In this document: positions 62,438 to 64,000 of the stretch, piece by piece
Numbering within the stretch: the first letter of the stretch is position 1
Layout: each line of letters starts with the position of its first letter
NCBI GenBank assembly: GCA_964626075.1
Contig: CAZVDD010000020.1
Coordinates: 2,944-66,943 of the forward strand
Reading direction: 5' to 3'
Length of the DNA stretch: 64,000 nt
Origin: an uncultured bacterium
GTDB lineage: Bacteria > Hydrothermota > Tepidihabitantia > Tepidihabitantales > Tepidihabitantaceae
Notes under the pieces: generated by a model
What the model saw: only the letters and a program-made list of their open reading frames with translations
Databases searched by the model: none
What the model was told of the DNA's origin: nothing
Program-made: the position numbers and the translations under genes

Positions 62438-63640
62438 CTACTCGATAATCTCCACGACCGTGCCTGCACCAACGGTCCGACCACCCTCACGGATGGCGAA
62501 CTTAGAATTCTGCTCCAGAGCAACGGGCGTAATCAACTCAATCTCCATCGTCACATGGTCTCCGGGCATCACCATCTCCACCCCGGGTGGCAACTGCACT
62601 GTTCCGGTAACATCTGTTGTCCGGATGTAAAACTGTGGCCGATATCCAGGGAAAAACGGCGTGTGCCTGCCGCCCTCTTCCTTCGTAAGCACATAAACTT
62701 CCGCCTTGAACTTCTTGTAAGGCTTAATCGAGCCCGGTGCGGCAATTACCATCCCGCGCTCCACCTCATCCTTACCAACACCGCGCAGCAAAAGACCGAC
62801 ATTGTCCCCGGCACGGGCATCGTCCAGAATCTTGCGGAACATTTCAATGCTCGTTACCACAACCTTGTCGTGTTTCCCAAATCCGACAATCTCGACCTCG
62901 CTACCCGGTTTCAGAACGCCACGCTCGACCCGGCCCGTAACAACGGTGCCACGTCCGGTAATTGAAAAGATGTCCTCAATCGGCATCAAGAACGGTTTGT
63001 CAATATCGCGCACCGGCTCCGGAATAAACTCATCCAGCGCCTTTACCAGTTCCCAGATTGAGTCGACATCCGGTCCGGAATCCGACTGCAACGCCTTCAG
63101 CGCGCTACCTTTAATAATCGGTGTCTTATCCCCGGGGAATTCGTACTTGTTAAGAATGTCCCGAATCTCCTCAGAAACAAGTTCCACCAGGTCCGGGTCA
63201 TCCACCAAATCAACCTTATTCAGATAAACAACGATTGCCGGCACATTGACCTGCCGCGCCAACAGCACATGTTCCGTTGTCTGGGGCATCGGACCATCTG
63301 CCGCTGATACAACAAGAATCGCACCGTCCATCTGTGCCGCGCCGGTAATCATATTCTTGATATAGTCGGCGTGGCCCGGACAGTCGATATGAGCATAGTG
63401 CCGTTTTTCACTCTCATACTCCACATGAGAAACGGCAATGGTCAGAATTTTGGTCTCGTCCCGACGGCCATGGGCTTCACTTGCCTTTGCCACCTGGTCG
63501 TAGGTTGTGTAGGTGGCGAGACCTTTTGTTGCCAGCACCTTGGTGATGGCAGAAGTCAGTGTCGTCTTGCCGTGGTCCACGTGACCGATCGTTCCGACAT
63601 TGACATGCGGCTTCTTGCGTTCAAACTTTGCCTTAGCCAT
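62438..63640 (-). CDS. tuf: elongation factor Tu
   Basis: 400 aa with [17 protein letters not shown] and NKVD GTPase motifs. AAGGAGG SD. Confidence 0.98.
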   Translation of the reverse strand: MAKAKFERKKPHVNVGTIGHVDHGKTTLTSAITKVLATKGLATYTTYDQVAKASEAHGRRDETKILTIAVSHVEYESEKRHYAHIDCPGHADYIKNMITGAAQMDGAILVVSAADGPMPQTTEHVLLARQVNVPAIVVYLNKVDLVDDPDLVELVSEEIRDILNKYEFPGDKTPIIKGSALKALQSDSGPDVDSIWELVKALDEFIPEPVRDIDKPFLMPIEDIFSITGRGTVVTGRVERGVLKPGSEVEIVGFGKHDKVVVTSIEMFRKILDDARAGDNVGLLLRGVGKDEVERGMVIAAPGSIKPYKKFKAEVYVLTKEEGGRHTPFFPGYRPQFYIRTTDVTGTVQLPPGVEMVMPGDHVTMEIELITPVALEQNSKFAIREGGRTVGAGTVVEIIE

Positions 63641-63740
63641 TTTTCTTATCCTCCTTACTTAACTATGTTCACTCCCACAACTTTAAACAAAACGTCCACT
63701 CCTTGGCGCTTCTGCCTGAGCGACGCAACTCTAACTCTTC

Positions 63741-63813
63741 AGCCCACGGCCGGAATTGAACCGGCGACCTCTTCCTTACCAAGGAAGTGCTCTGCCGACT
63801 GAGCTACATGGGC
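63741..63813 (-). tRNA. tRNA-Thr (anticodon GGT)
   Basis: Hand-folded cloverleaf. Acceptor GCCCATG pairs with CGTGGGC. The anticodon stem CTTCC/GGAAG carries loop TTGGTAA. Confidence 0.88.
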
Positions 63814-63884
63814 AATTTTCAAAGTTCAACAATTATACTATTAAATTTTCTTCTGTCAACAACTAACCACAAAAACAGCACGCC

Positions 63885-63955
63885 AGCGGGCGATGGGAGT
63901 CGAACCCACGCAAACAGCTTGGAAGGCTGTTGTGCTACCATTACACCACGCCCGC
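63885..63955 (-). tRNA. tRNA-Gly (anticodon TCC)
   Basis: Hand-folded cloverleaf. Acceptor GCGGGCG pairs with CGCCCGC. Anticodon loop CTTCCAA, T-loop TTCGACT. Confidence 0.88.
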
Positions 63956-63977
63956 AAACCGGGCAAAGACAAAACAA

Positions 63978-64000
63978 TGGACGGGGAAGGATTCGAACCT
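63978..64000 (-). tRNA. 3' part of a further tRNA truncated by the window edge (possibly tRNA-Tyr by synteny)
   Basis: The minus strand reads AGGTTCGAATCCTTCCCCGTCCA, a T-arm plus the 3' acceptor strand. The identity cannot be read because the anticodon lies outside the window. Confidence 0.5.

Noticed and set aside
62434-62523. The extended N-terminus of rpmG given by the ORF track, which overlaps the tuf 3' end.
   Set aside because: L33 is a ~50-aa protein. The internal ATG at 62433 gives a full-length L33 with the CxxC...CxxC zinc ribbon, starting 4 nt after the tuf stop.
1-64000. CRISPR arrays, rRNA genes, prophage or integrase genes, and toxin-antitoxin pairs.
   Set aside because: Reading both strands, I saw no regularly spaced direct repeats, no rRNA-like sequence, and no recombinase, transposase or phage structural genes.

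Overview
This is a bacterial chromosomal window of moderate GC content, densely coded and mostly housekeeping. The gene content suggests an uncultivated lineage related to the FCB group: there are T9SS/FlgD-like C-terminal sorting domains, a PorV-like barrel and many outer-membrane proteins. That taxonomic placement is inference only.

Gene order, left to right:
- zapA, a candidate 6S RNA, then rny-ymdB, uvrA, and TPR and DUF559 proteins.
- A DUF4159-PHP-FTCD operon, tRNA-Leu, deoB-cdd, and an acyP-ribD-ribE-radical SAM-serS string.
- About 20 kb of envelope and secretion genes. It holds a C25 protease, a sigma-54 enhancer-binding-protein module, a bactofilin-M6 protease pair, and a six-gene operon on the minus strand. 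That operon runs PorV-like barrel, ComEA-like HhH barrel, OMP, 5'-nucleotidase, RecJ-like, RlmI.
- mnmG, a PlpD-like patatin autotransporter, RNase P RNA, an EIIA-permease fusion, a GT39 glycosyltransferase and recJ.
- One uninterrupted minus-strand translation/transcription block: tRNA(partial)-tRNA-Gly-tRNA-Thr-tuf-rpmG-tRNA-Trp-secE-nusG-rplKAJL-rpoBC-rpsLG.

Most notable observations:
1. A 195-bp noncoding repeat is present as an inverted pair with about 91% identity. It brackets the envelope region, and each copy sits upstream of a secreted or outer-membrane gene promoter.
2. The HhH-barrel, nucleotidase and RecJ-like operon may be an undescribed outer-membrane system for capturing and scavenging extracellular DNA.
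3. A complete sigma-54 control region (two palindromic UAS, an IHF-like site and a -24/-12 promoter) drives two tiny membrane proteins. Its activator has a degenerate GAFTGA loop.
4. A structured 6S-like RNA lies between zapA and rny.
5. Canonical promoters are repeatedly placed 5-8 nt from the ATG, which implies leaderless mRNAs.

I found no CRISPR array, transposase, integrase or rRNA. All coordinates and alignments were worked out by hand from the sequence.
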